Assembly: GCF_001194135.2 (NCBI RefSeq)
Contig: NC_068992.1
Coordinates: 45,830,962-45,868,275 of the forward strand
Reading direction: 5' to 3'
Source: Octopus bimaculoides
Taxonomy: Eukaryota
DNA length: 37,314 nucleotides
The first letter of the stretch is position 1. Each line of letters begins with the position of its first letter. The translations under genes were made by a program, and so were the position numbers. Below, in pieces: positions 36,700-37,314 of the stretch. Under the pieces are notes generated by a model, which saw only the letters and a list, made by a program, of their open reading frames with translations, was not told where the DNA came from and did no database searches.

Positions 36700-37314
36700 C
36701 AGTGGCGTGCGGTGACGTCCGAGGTTGGGCATGCAATGAATTTCTTCCCCCGCCCCCGGCAATTTTTCAGTAAAAGAATTTTCGTATTCCTGCGATTTAC
36801 ATATGGGAGATTCTGAATATGCAATCACCCCCGTATGACCTAAAATAAGCAGGGAATAAAAAATGACTCTGTAGAGATGAGCCTGAAATAAGTGTATTGT
36901 TTGTATTTTTTCCCTCTCTTCGAAACGTCAGTACTTTCCCATCCTCACTCTCCCTTAAAAATGTCTAAAAATCATAAGTGAAATGGAGTAAAGATGAAAT
37001 TGGATTCTGTTAATATTTTTGCATGTTTGGAATCTCTGTTAAAGGTAGGAATCCGAAAAACAATTTTCACAAAATTTCGTTTTTGAAAGGGGTGCGATTC
37101 TGCATTAGCCCCTATACATGTTGGTTCAGCTGAATCAATTTGAAATGATTTAATAAAGAGAACAAACACATTTAGTTACATTATATGGCCATGGTTTTAG
37201 ATAGTTACGCTCTCGAAGACAAGTCAGGTGCTTTATCTTGCTACTTGTCAATTCCGGGAAAATTATTGATAATCAAGTAGACTGTTCTGAGACTTACTGA
37301 ACTCCGTATATTAA
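36700..37314 (+). mobile_element. Possible hAT-like DNA transposon terminus (other end outside the window)
   Basis: Starts CAGTGGCGTGC immediately after (TA)n, resembling CAGTGGCG-type hAT TIRs. There is an abrupt CpG-rich shift. No transposase motif was recognised. Confidence 0.4.

Overview
AT-rich eukaryotic, apparently intronic or intergenic DNA with eight N-gaps and dense (TA)n, (CA)n and (AAT)n microsatellites. The SINE and RTE-tail repeats resemble, from memory, those of octopod cephalopods; this taxon call is inference. No intact protein-coding gene could be supported, and most long ORFs in the track are microsatellite or gap artefacts. The window is a layered transposon graveyard. It contains a degraded CR1/L2/Jockey-like RT, a Penelope-like RT fragment with YIDD, and a 550-bp internally deleted Tc1 element with perfect 28-bp TIRs and TA flanks. 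It also holds an RTE C-terminus and several RTE-type tails, a probable non-autonomous Helitron 5' end, a fossil Chapaev3-type (CMC) transposase, Tc1, pogo and mariner-type remnants, a hAT-like terminus, and many tRNA-derived SINEs. Unexplained structures are a 59-bp perfect-hairpin element embedded in (TA)n, two foldback regions near 22 kb, a frameshifted Thr-rich mucin-like stretch, and several minisatellites. I found no convincing new multi-gene system. All family assignments come from manual translation and motif recall, not database searches.
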